Source of the DNA: Utricularia gibba
Lineage: Eukaryota; Plantae; Magnoliophyta
Reading direction: 5' to 3'
Assembly (NCBI GenBank): GCA_002189035.1
Contig: CM007992.1
Span: 2,542,001 to 2,606,000 of the forward strand
Length of the DNA: 64,000 nucleotides
Shown one piece after another: positions 24,759 through 39,879 of this stretch (positions are counted from its first letter, which is position 1; each line of letters begins with the position of its first letter). The position numbers and the translations under genes are program-made. The notes under the pieces were generated by a model. The model saw nothing but the letters and a program-made list of their open reading frames with translations, had not been told where the DNA came from and ran no database searches.

Positions 24759-25169
24759 AAAACAGCTTGTGGCGCCCAGATCTCTACAGGGTGTATGGTA
24801 ACTGCCCCTGGGATAAATGGGCTATTGCCTTGCATAGATCAGTCGTAGGTTATATAACTAGATGCATTAGTTGAGTTGATTTGGATCGGTTGGGCCAACA
24901 GGATTCAATGATGCCTGTGCTAATGTGAAGTTGAAATTAGAGAGGTTTCGATCATTTTTATGTAAGTTGATGATATGTTACTCTCCGGAATCAGCTTTAA
25001 GATGATCGATCATTGATCTCAAGGACTTTGTGTTATGATGCATGTTTTATTTATAAATCGAAGAGTTTTGCAATAGTAAGAAAAAAAACCCAGTTTACAA
25101 AACTTCTTCAAGACTCCTGCAGCATCATTGTTCATGAAAATGGTAAGCAACAAAAAGGGGCCGACGGTT

Positions 25170-25733
25170 TTAGCGAAAGCTCCAAAGGCTAATATCACCG
25201 CCATCCTCGAGAGAATCCTCCATGTCCATGGGGTGGGGATCGAAGAAGGCCCCATTAAGCGTCGTATCATAGTAGTTGGGAGAGTCAAAGCTGAACCAAG
25301 AAAGCTCCTCACGATCAGCAGATCTCTTCTCTTCGGAATGCAGTCGAGTAGGCGTCGGATCCGACGATGAAGATGCCGGCTCAGGGACCAGGCCCTGGTA
25401 CCCGGTATCGGCAGCAGCCGCCGCCGCCACCCTCTGGATCGTTTTGGGAGACATGGCCGTCTTCTGCAGGTGGGAGCTTAAAAACTGGTCGCTCGAGACT
25501 TGAAAATTGCGGCTTGTAGATGAGGAGTAACCCTTGAGGCACAAATGGGCTGCATCGTAGGCTCTGGCTGCGGCCTCTGGAGTGGAATATGAGCCTAGCC
25601 ATATCCTTGTCTTTTGATTAGGAGCCCTGATCTCGGAAACCCAGGAACCCCAGCTCCTCATTCTCACTCCCTTGTACTTCTTCTTCTTCATCTGTGGCTC
25701 TGCCTGCGGCACTTTGGTCTCTCCCTTCACCAT
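25170..25733 (-). CDS. AP2/ERF transcription factor, DREB subfamily (ERF014-like), intronless, 187 aa
   Basis: MVK start at 25733. AP2 domain [44 protein letters not shown], a [14 protein letters not shown] motif, and a C-terminal DISLWSF. Confidence 0.92.
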   Translation of the reverse strand: MVKGETKVPQAEPQMKKKKYKGVRMRSWGSWVSEIRAPNQKTRIWLGSYSTPEAAARAYDAAHLCLKGYSSSTSRNFQVSSDQFLSSHLQKTAMSPKTIQRVAAAAAADTGYQGLVPEPASSSSDPTPTRLHSEEKRSADREELSWFSFDSPNYYDTTLNGAFFDPHPMDMEDSLEDGGDISLWSFR

Positions 25734-27439
25734 TGTTGGCAAGTGCTGTGCAGAAGGAAGGATGGTTATATTCTGGTCAAAAAGGAAGTGGTATCTATCC
25801 ATCCATCCACAGGGTAAAAACTAAATGTCTTTTTTTGTTGTTGCTGCACATGACGCTGACACGTTTTATGTGCAGGCATGTGCAGCGAAATCGGAGTTGA
25901 ATTCCAGGGATCTCCTGCAAGATGATGAGATTGGGATCCAGCGGAGAATTGTCTCTTTCACAGACAGCCTTTGGTCAAAACGAGTGCAGGAAGACTTTAG
26001 TGTACCATAAGGACAATTTTTAAAGGCATTTTTTTTTATATTTGTTTAAAAAATTATAAAATAAAGTGTTACATCTCTCGTTTCTTGAAATAACAATTAT
26101 AAAACATTATTATCCAAAAGTAAAACAGCTGGTGGGTCTCTGGCAAGAAACCGCGTTCGGGAAACGAGGTTGGCCACAATTAAAACTAAATGAAGGAAAA
26201 AAAGAAGCTAACACGTAATAAAAAATAATAATTAATCCTTGAATTTATTTATTTAATTTAATCGTTTTTTACACTAAAAGTACTCCCAAAGACGTTCAAT
26301 CTTGAAATTCAACACTTGCTTAGGCAATCATTGTATTTATATACACTATAACAAAAAAAACAAATGTTAATCGTATGAAAAATCAATTCCAATTAAATTT
26401 AAGTATTAGAATAAATAATCTTTTATTGAAAAAGTAACATGAAATGATTAATTATATAATAATTTATAGATGGATTTGATCTAATATTTTATAATATGAT
26501 TCATATATATTATACATTTAAATTTGACATATATTTATCCAATCTATGGAATTATTAATTTCAATAATTTTGATATTCTTGTTAGTTCATACTCAGTGTG
26601 TTCCTTTGGTGATGCTTTTGTCGAAACTAAAACAAAATAACACAATTGATTCAGGTTACTGTTTCTTTGCCAACAACAATGATGCTCCGTACGAACAGGG
26701 AACTGGACGTTGCAAGCAGAAGAGTATGATGGGAGGCTTGGTTTGGATCTGGAGTTAAGTGAGAACACAGAATAAGCTTTTTGGCATGTCGGTGTGGGGT
26801 TGCGATCACCCAACGTGCACAAGGGGGAATACGAATGAATGGGCTGGCACCGGGGCACCGTACCTTCCCCGTACGAATGATTGCATGGAGGTGCACATCC
26901 AAATCCGTCAACACGGCACAAGGCTGGCGGGGGAGGGAGGGAGGGAGAGAAGCACCAGCCAGCGCCAGCTTCCTAATTGCTGGACCCCAGACCCCAACCC
27001 CCTGTCCCGTCTCCTGCTTCTTCTTCTTCATCATCCAGGGAAATGGATCTGATTTCCTGGAAACCGGGTTTCGTATATCTGATTCTATCTATAGGAATGT
27101 GATGTGGGTGTCGTGAACTCGGCCGCCTGCTTTCCTGAGCGTTTGCAAATCGGGTTAAGCTGAAGAAAATGATGAACGTGATTCAAGATATTGAGTTCAC
27201 CAGCGAGTTTATGAACCTTATTTTTTATATTTTTTTTTGTCTACAAGACAAATTGTATGTTGGATCAAAAGGATTTTGATTCAATAATTTAAATGATGCA
27301 GTTTTTTTTATAGTCTTTCAAAACGTTTTTTAGGAAATGATGGTAATTCACAATGAAAATTGTACTACGTTTTTTTGTTGAATGCTTTCAAAAGCATGAT
27401 TTGATAATTTTATTTGAGCATTAGATGATTCATTCAACA

Positions 27440-28080
27440 TTGAAATGAACATTTTTGCAAAAAGATGAATCTAAAGAGTGGTGAATCTGTATTGAGCCAT
27501 ATGGGCAAAATCCTTGGTTCATAAAGGGGAAGGCGATAGAGCAATTTTCATCCGAGGACCACAGCAGATGTTACGCATGTCTTATGGGTAGTCACTAAAA
27601 TCCCCATTCCTAAAGCCAAGGGTGCAAACTTTTTTCAGAGAATGAAGAACATGATGGATGCTTTTCCAGATCTCATCGAAGAATATAATGGGACTCCGAA
27701 ATAATCATCCAGAAGACAGGCACCTAGATGACGGGGTGAGTTGGAAGGAGAACAAATTCAACAAGGATATACATTGAACATAGCAGGTGACCGCTCCTAT
27801 GTGGAATCGAAAGAAAGCTGGGATCCCATCTACTCTCCATACGATGACAAAATTAGCACCGCGGCTTACTCCTTGGGACAAGGACATGTCCCACATTCAC
27901 TGGTGATTATGCGTTCGAATGTTTGAACACCGCTGAAAAACTTGATGCAATCAATGCACTGCAGTTCGGAGGGTCAGGGAGCTTGTGATCGAGCTGGAAG
28001 CCTTAAAGAGGTGTAGCCAATGCATTACAATACAGGATTGAAAACCCCTCAAGAACAATTCATCCTATGACAAAAATATG
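27440..28080 (+). mobile_element. Decayed LINE (L1-like) ORF2 3' fragment
   Basis: Frameshifted zf-RVT-like pieces MWNRKKAGIPSTLHTMTKLAPRLTPWDK and ECLNTAEKLDAI. Many stops; boundaries uncertain. Confidence 0.35.
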
Positions 28081-30486
28081 GATCCTATGACGTAAATCGT
28101 GGTAGCCAACTAGCCAATATACTTGTAATCCCTTATTTTTTCAAGTTATCAATGACATTCTACAGCCTGGATATCAGGCACCCAAGGGACTTTCAAGGTT
28201 CAATAGAGAAGAGAATCCTTGCCAACACTTCAGTTTATTCGATATTTAGATGGATACAATATCGATGATAGATGGGATGAGATGCATTCATTCGCTTTCA
28301 TCCCCCAAAAAGATGCACAAAAATGGCACCAAACAATCCCACCCGATGATATGCAATGTTTTAATAACTTTTTTCCCCATTTTCCACCCAACATATGATG
28401 ACAACTCATATCCCAAGACACAATATAGAGTTTATGGGTCGTAGAATATGAGTACAAGGAGTCCTTGAGGAGCTTCCAAAAAAAATTCAACAAGGTGACA
28501 AAGAACATCTCTAATCTTGAAGGGAAGGATGAAGACTTTAAGAAAGTGTTTGGGTCCAGATGATTTGAGCAAAAATCGCATTATCTACCCACCAAAAACA
28601 CAAGTTCACCTCATCTGCATGTGTGTAAAATATGTTGTGTTTGATGACACTCGAGCAGCCGCATGCAAGGAAATGGATAAAAATATTTTCTTTGTACATG
28701 TATTTTTTTATTTTTTTAAATTTTCTTAATATTTTAGAATAATAAATTATTATATCGTAAGATATCCATATTTTAAATGAAGAAAAGAAAGAATGTCTAG
28801 TAGTATCAATGACAAAAGACATGTGAGGGGCAAATATTAAATCACTGACTGCAAGTGTTGGAGGTAAAATGCATATATGGTGTAGTACTCCTTGTTTAAT
28901 TAAGTTTAAAGACCCACGATGGATTTAAGATAATGGTACAATGTTCAATTATCATTATAACATCAACAACATATTATTGATCAATGATTCACTAGAGAAA
29001 TATCTTTTAAATCCAACAAATAGAATTCGTAGATGTGAATGTATTTTTTATTATATTCAATAGATAAACAATACAATATTTCTATTTTCTTATGAGATTA
29101 TGAAAAGAGACGATGTACTAAAGAGTTATCAGAATATTTGATTATTTTTTAAAAGTTGTATGAAATTGATGATGTGAGTAATTATGTGGAAATATTTTAA
29201 TAGGAGCAATTTCTGATTATCGAAGGTCATAAACATGGAGAGTTTTATGAGTTTTTGAAACATCAATGCATGTCATTCTATTATATTATAGAAATTTTAT
29301 TAAAACAACTTGTTATGTTAATTTTATTATGAAAACGTTAAACAAAGAATCCAAAGATGTTATTTTAATGAATAATGCAGATAATTAAAATGCACTTATG
29401 ATAGAAATAATTTTAAAAGGAAATCCTAATTGTAAGCCTCTTTATTTTCTATTGAAATTATATCATTTTTTCAGATTATAGACTTTTCAAAAGAATACGA
29501 GTATAAATCAACCAAAATCAAAATTAATAACAGGCACATTATTAATAACGCTTGGAGAATTTATTTCGGATACTTTTTTGACATTTAGGCCAATATATAA
29601 TATATATATCATTAAATTACATTATTGTTTATGACATTCTTTTGTTAATATGTTAATTATAAGATTGCGTATTAATCTTTTATAGTCATAAAATATATAA
29701 GAATCCAATGATACAGTTTATTTTATAAGATTTTTTTCAATATTTTTCAATTTAAATGAAAAATAACTATTTTATCATTATTTTTTGAAATGATCTAATA
29801 AATAATTTAAAAATGATAAAAAATTTTAAGAAGATGATGATTTCGCAAATTCCCTTGGAGAAACATGACAATTTTTCAAAATGATCCAAATATTCTTTGA
29901 TACCAAGATAACACAAAATAGAGAATCATGATGTCACGCTCACCATACAACCCAAATATTCTTTATTTAATCGCATAAATATCTTGTTTAAACAAGATTA
30001 ACTTCCCAACCACCCAATGTTGACCTTCCGGCTTTGGGCTCTTGCATCTTGGGCTATGGGTTCTGCCCTTTTCTGTGTGCCTCGGACAATCCTCTTATTC
30101 ATTCTTCACCTGTGTGGAACAAGATGAGCAAGTTCATTGCCTTGTCCGTCTGAAACTTGCTTCTTATCAGATCATCGGAGGACTTCCGTGATCCTTCTGA
30201 AACTTGCTTCTTATCGCCGAAGCATCTATCGCCGGGGCAGCCCAGCGATTCGCTGTCTGTGTTAGTTTCTTTCATTCCCTTTCATCATCTTCCTGCTGCC
30301 AGTCTTTTATCCGTAAACTGATTTCATGGTGATAAACCCGATGTGATGAAATGATAGTCTCTTATTGGAAATTTCTCTGCCTGGAGTGGAATGATGGATT
30401 GAATGCATTTATTTTAAGCTTTATTTTGCGGCGCTTGCTTGAGACGCTGATTCCTTGCTTTTCTAACTATCCACAGTTTTTGAGGG

Positions 30487-33691
<3,205 letters not shown>

Positions 33692-34569
33692 GAAACATCT
33701 ACTGAATTCCCGTCGTTTAAGAGAGATTTCTTTGATTTGGAAATGGTATGTGCTTTCATGGAATTGGTGGTTCAAGTTACCTGAGAAACACAAGCCAGGC
33801 TCGGCTCCCATTGCACATCAAAACGCTGATTTGTGCATTCTCATGAAATACGGCAGAAGCCATGAACAGATAGATGATGCCTCACAACTGCATTAAAACA
33901 CATGTATCATCTCCGCATCCCCGATGTGATTCGGCATTCCCGGGAAGATATCTACCCCTGCAACGGGAAAAACAGCATGAATGTGAGGCATGTATGTTCT
34001 TCTACCTGATTGAATCCGACTCTCCGCAGTGGAGAAAGAAGAAACGAGAAGCCACCTCTGTATTTGGTAGTCTCAGCGCCGCCGTAGGGGTCCGTCAGGC
34101 TGGGCCGGGTTCAGGTCCGGCCCGCGTCCTCTTCTATTAGGACGTTGCCCTGACTCGTTACCCACGCTATCTGCGCTCGGGGGGTGAACAGATGTTTCTG
34201 CATCGTATCCATTGGATCAATACATCAATTGAATATATTTTTTTTTATTTTTTTGAAATAAATTTATGGTTTAATTGTTTTAATATTTTGAAATGAAATG
34301 ATATTTACATATACATCAATGTTTTTTTTAAATTGAAATTAGACGATTATTTTGCTTTACTAATGATTCATGATAAATGTTGTTATTTAGTCATCAAGAT
34401 GAAGGAAGACTACAAAAAATGGTTAATTCAATATTGAAAATTGAACTAAAATTCAATACTTCCATATCACATCGTTCAATATGAAGCCCGTGGTGAATTT
34501 TAGTTCAATAGCATAACTTCGCTGCTAGTACCGTGAACTGTTTTTCCTAAAGACGAGTACGTACGTACG

Positions 34570-35797
34570 ATGAAGATGACATGGAAGAGGAAGAAGAATG
34601 GAGACAGCCGGAAACGCTGTTTCTCGTTTAATCCCGCGCTCCCTTTTGATGATGATGCCGATTCTAGTTCAGATACGCAAACACCGATTGATGAATTATG
34701 CGGGATGGGCGAAATACCCAACAAAAAGCCCTTAATTTCCAACGACGAACTTGAGAAAACTACAAGTACTGCGAGGGACTACGAAGCTCAGGGCAACCAA
34801 CTTGCAGAGGTACTTAAACAAGTTTTCACCTTCTCGAGTGTATCTTTTTTTTTTTTTCTGGTTCTAATTTATTATGATGTTGGTGACACAAAAAACTAAA
34901 GAAGACTGGTTTTTGATGGAAAAGGGGTTGATTCCTTTTACCTTAATTTTTTAAAAAAGATGACGGATTTGGATCATTTGTTGTAATTTCTCATCATATT
35001 GCTTGTAGGATGCTTATCAAGTTTATCATGGAATATTGCTTATTGCTTCTGTTATCTGGTTTAAGGAGGGAAAATTTCGTGAAGCGCTTGGAAAGTGGGA
35101 GACAGCGATCACTTTGATGCCTGAAAGAGCTGTTTTGCATGAACAAAAAGCTCAGGTTTTGCTGGAACTTGGTGAAACGTGGAATGGTTTGAAGGCTGCA
35201 ACCCGTGCGTCCTCTTTGTTCTGCATTTCCTCATGTTTTCTATGCTACTGCTTTTTAAGGATTTATGCTGTTGCTTTATAACTTTTGAAATAAGGCTCTT
35301 CCTGTGTAGGTGCTACTGAACTGGAACCTGGGTGGGCCGAGGTAATCCAATTTGTTTTGTTTCCTTGTCTTGCTTTAGTTCCCAATATCATGCTGATTTT
35401 TCCAATGCATCCAATCGAGCAAACCCACAGGATTGAATGCTGATATCCGCTACATCTGTGCAGGCTTGGATAACTCTTGGCAGAGCCCAGTTAAACTTTG
35501 GGGAGCCTGAATGTGCCATTGAGAGTTTTGACAAGGGATTAGCCATCAAGGTATTATTTTTCATGCCCAGAATCTTAGCATGTGTGGGTTTGATTCTCTT
35601 TAATCCCATTTTATCGTTTGTAGCGAGAGAAGATGATTCTAATTTGGGACTTGTGTTGTGTTACATCACAGCCATATTTGGAGGAGGCAAAAGATGATAA
35701 GAAGATAGCCTTAAATCTGGTGAACAGGAGAAGGCAACTTTATTCATCCGGTTGCAGTTCTGGTGAAAGCCGTTTCCTTGTTCGAGATAAGGTGTAG
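34570..35797 (+). CDS. Tetratricopeptide repeat protein (TTC33-like), about 207 aa; exons 34570-34809, 35066-35204, 35310-35341, 35464-35550, 35672-35797
   Basis: MKMTWK start. TPRs QGNQLAEEGKFREALGKWETAITLMPERAVLHEQKAQVLLELG and ATELEPGWAEAWITLGRAQLNFGEPECAIESFDKGLAIKP. Splice phases are consistent. Confidence 0.88.
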
Positions 35798-37038
35798 CAT
35801 CCCTCTTCCGTCTGCAGCAGAGGAGTATATTTCTGTGAGTTTAGGCCTACCCACATCAACCTTCTAATGCTTTTCGTTGATGTTTAGCGTTCGCTTTTCT
35901 TAAGCAACAGAGTTGTGGGAAACACAAGTGTAGATGTAATATGATATTTTCGTTCTTTTTCTAATTAGTCGTGACTCGGGAAACCCAATGGAGAAAACAG
36001 ATTATAGTGATTGATAATGGTGGTCCTTATGGACAACGGTGGCCCTTTTGCCATCTAAACTCTGACGATGATCTTCGGTGTTCTCTTCAGGCGCCGCCTC
36101 AGACTGGCGGCAAGACTTGGACCTGGATGAATAAAGCAGAGGGGCTGCCATTATCGGAAACTAGCTCTGGTTTTTGAACTGGGTTTCTTGATTTGCAACT
36201 AATAACACAGCCCCTAAAAGATTACCTGCAGCTGTTTGATGCCTCCTGGGACAGCTCGGGAAGTATTTGGAGCCCGAGAACTGCATCAAAACTACTTGAA
36301 CAAAATACATGGAAAAAAAAGGTTGGAAAAACTCCCAAGAGTGTTTGAAATGTTGAGATTTGGGAACTAATGGGATCCCTGAACTAGAGTTATGGTGGGT
36401 AATCCAGTTCATTCTCTACAAAAATTTGAGTTTGGAGGTAAAAAAAAAAAATGATGCGTATCCTCCTTTAACTGCGTACTGTAGTGTTGCATTAACTTGA
36501 AATGCTGCCAATTTCATCTCTGCAAGATTTCCGATCTACTCACATGAATCATTCCTTGTTTAATAATAATGGTTCCCTGTTGAATACGTATGATGTTTTC
36601 CAGCTCTTTTTGTAAGCCATTAGCCTTAACGAGTGTACAGTTAATGATACATCTACCTAAATTGGTTGCCTTCACATTTTGCGGTTTGTTGTGTGCTCAT
36701 GGGCTGTCAATCGCATTGCCTCTGTCTGTGTTGCTTTATGATGAACTGCTTTTGTTTTAGGATTTAGTGTTTTATCGTTTCATGGCTGTAAATCATCTAA
36801 AATTAAAAGGAGAAAGAAAAACTCTTGTCGGTAACGGGGGGCACATCCTCTACACAGGCACGTTCATTTCTTTAAGGGCAAGGATTGGAACTTATTCAAA
36901 CCGTAATCTCATATTTTTTTGCAGTCAGTTATTCATCCCTTTACACAAGAGAACACTCCAAACTGGCTGTAGCATTCGCCTTCATTTCAACATGTTGGCT
37001 AGCTTCTGCTCCCTCGATGCTGGAGGAACAAAAATTGC

Positions 37039-38402
37039 TCAAGTACTGGGTGGTGGATTAGAATTTGAAGTCTGATTTTTACATGGGCATGGTGTTGGTG
37101 TTGATGGTGGTGGACTGGTCGGAGGTGGAGGTGAGACCTGAACCACAGGTGGAGGTGGGGATAATTGAGGTGGGGGTGGTGACGGTGGTATTAGAGGTGA
37201 TGGCGGAGCAAATGGCGGCTCCGATGATGGTGCCGGTGGCAGGAAATTGCCACATTCGAATCTGGTGCAGTTAAATCCCTTGGATAAAAACCGCTTGCAT
37301 TCAAGTTCAGATCTTTGGTTTGGCCTCCCTCTGAAGCAATTCTTTTTGTCATCAAACTCCGGTACCTTGAAGCAGGCCGCTGATTCGTTGGAAAAGAAGT
37401 TGTAATCATACCTAAAGGCCTTCAATCTCGGTAGCTGACATGCCTGTGGAGTGACTGTCCCAGAGAGCATGTTTTGCTCTACATTCAGAATCTCTAGGCT
37501 CTCCATCTCTGCTATGCTAGAAGGTAATGCACCCATTAGCTTGTTGTGGCTGACATCAAGCACAGTCAAATTCTTGAGCATCCCAATCTCATTTGATAAG
37601 CATGAGAAGAATCCATTGTTGGTGAGAACAAGCTCATTTAGCGTCCCACTCATTTTTCCCAAGTTTCCAGGGAAGCAGCCTTCAAACTGGTTGTTGGCAA
37701 TCACAATGACAGAAGCCGGCGAGTTGCCAATGTTTTCCGGTAGGGATGAAGAGAATCTATTGTTGTTTATGAAGATGGCATCGAAGTCTCTGTCGAAGAG
37801 CTCCTTTGGAAGCTCCCCTTCAAATTCGTTATACCGCAGATCCAGATATACCAGGCTTGGCAAATGGAGAACCACATCTGGGAACTTCCCAGCAAATCTG
37901 TTGTTGCTGAGATCCAGCTCAAACAACAGCTTCAAGTTCAAGAAACTCGTGGGATCTTACCGCAAAATCGGTTCGAATTCATGTGAATGAATGAAAGATC
38001 ATACAGTAGGCCGAGTTCATGTGGGAGATGACCAGCCATGTTACCATGGTTGATGTCGATGCCGGAGACAGTACGTTCGCATGTGTTATCCGGTGCAGTC
38101 CAACAGAAAACACCCTCATAGCTGCACACATCAGATCCCATCCAGTTGCCTGTTATGTTGTTTGGATCAGAGAGGATAGCTTCTTTCCATGCCTGTAAAG
38201 CAATATACGCATTCTCCAGCCTCGTGTTCTCGAATTTGAGCGATGGATAGACCGCGAGGGGATCGCCATCGAACGATAGGATATGCCTACGGGCATCTGA
38301 GATGGGATCATCAGCATGAATTTGAAGGGAAGATGCATTGAACAAGAGGAAGAGTGCAGCCCAGAAAAGCAGCATTCTTAAAGCTCTGGAGTGTTGCTTC
38401 AT
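37039..38402 (-). pseudogene. Leucine-rich repeat extensin (LRX/PEX family) with a 1-nt frameshift near 37947; pseudogene or sequence error
   Basis: Signal peptide, then AYIALQAWK...SDP...NW-GSDVCSY-GVFC and NSNRFCG in ORF 37938-38402. The LRRs continue in another frame (LKLLFELDLSNNRFAGKFP...) to a Cys-rich hinge and SPPPP motifs in ORF 37039-37941. Confidence 0.85.
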
Positions 38403-39879
38403 GTGCTTAATTTGAAAGGACAGGAGGATTTTGCATTAGTTATTAAAACACCCAATGAAGGATGCCGTTGAGAACTTCTTGGGGTTTCTGTCTGTGAAAC
38501 GTTGCCCTGAATTTTGGATCTTGGCAACTGAACTGACCACCTCAACAGTTAAATACTTATGCAGCAATATTTGATTGGATTCTTATGATTCCGTTGGTCA
38601 TTAATCAATAATTAACATTCTTCCATAAGGCTAATGTCACACAGAAATTTTGAAGAATAATCTTTTTTGCAATAGACAAAAAAAAAAAAGGATTTCAAAA
38701 AATATGCAAATACTTAGAATGTGTATTATATTTGTTTTCTACATTTTAAGCATCACAATCGGTATTTATGGTAACTGAATTATATTATTATTTTTTTCAG
38801 AAACATGTATTACAAATACCTAAACCCAATATGCATCACAAATAAGTACCTGGGATGCTTTGAATTTCTTGCATTTTTTTACACAGCAAGCACCATATAT
38901 ATATTAGGAATGCTTTGATCGGGTTATGGAGGAAGAAAAAATATCACATTTAATCTCCTTATAATGATTAGGTTGCCCACCGCCTACAAGGGCACAAATA
39001 GGGATTTTTGTGGATGTTATGGGGAAGGAAATTACTCTCTCACATCCAAAAAATTAAAATCACCCAATGAGAATGCCTTTGGCTCACGGCACCATCAGGA
39101 TGAGAGCATAATTTGGCTATGGAAGTAAGAGTGAGGAGAAAGCTTGAGAGTTAGTGGTTTTTCTCCAAAATACGTTAATATTGTATCACTCTGAGAGTAT
39201 AATATCATGAAAATAAACAACTTGAAAGAAAAGAAAAATAACCGACTTTTTGACAAATGAGATCAACCCAAAAAAGATGAAGCAAATCCTCCAAAGTTCA
39301 TGAAATTTTCTGGTGAATTTCTTTCATTTTTCTTTAAATTCATAGTGGAGTCTTTCCAAAACACTTTTGGTTTTTTTTGTTTTCTAAATTATCAATCTTC
39401 ATCAGTTACTTGCTTTCCAAAAACATTAGGGTATTTTGCATTACTTATAATAAATTAACTTATAATTAACAGTAATAAAAATTAACTCACAGTAAATAAA
39501 AAGTAGGAATTGTTTATTTTAACTTATTATAAAAGTTATAAGTAAAATTTAAAAATGTTTAATATAATTTTCAAAATTTATATATACAAATATAAAATAG
39601 TCTTATATTCATATAAATAATTTTAATATTATAGTTTATGTTTATTATTCCTATATAATTATAATTCACTGTTTTAAAGTTATGTATATATATAAGAAAT
39701 TAACAATTACTTTTTACATATTTTAATGTATTTATTAGTATTTGTATAATTATATGAATTGCAATATATAAGAAATTAATATCAGCACGAATTTCATTCA
39801 ATTGTAATAACATGCATAACAAATGATTGATTAACTTACATAAACTGTGAAAATAACAAGAGATAAACTAAATTTGATA

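Noticed and set aside
29552-29863. Mutator-like MITE suggested by a repeated CTTGGAGAA 9-mer
   Set aside because: The enclosed ends show only about 6 bp of inverted similarity, which is insufficient in AT-rich DNA.
35940-36420. Possible snoRNA or small gene downstream of the TPR gene
   Set aside because: No convincing C/D or H/ACA box pair with terminal stem and no recognisable protein. More likely 3' UTR or intergenic sequence.
37451-37990. 179-aa plus-strand ORF, and similar antisense ORFs at 55216-55584, 61791-62051, 25276-25503 and 24265-24465
   Set aside because: These are antisense shadows of real coding exons (LRX, FC1, ATH1, ERF, FEX) with no independent family signal.
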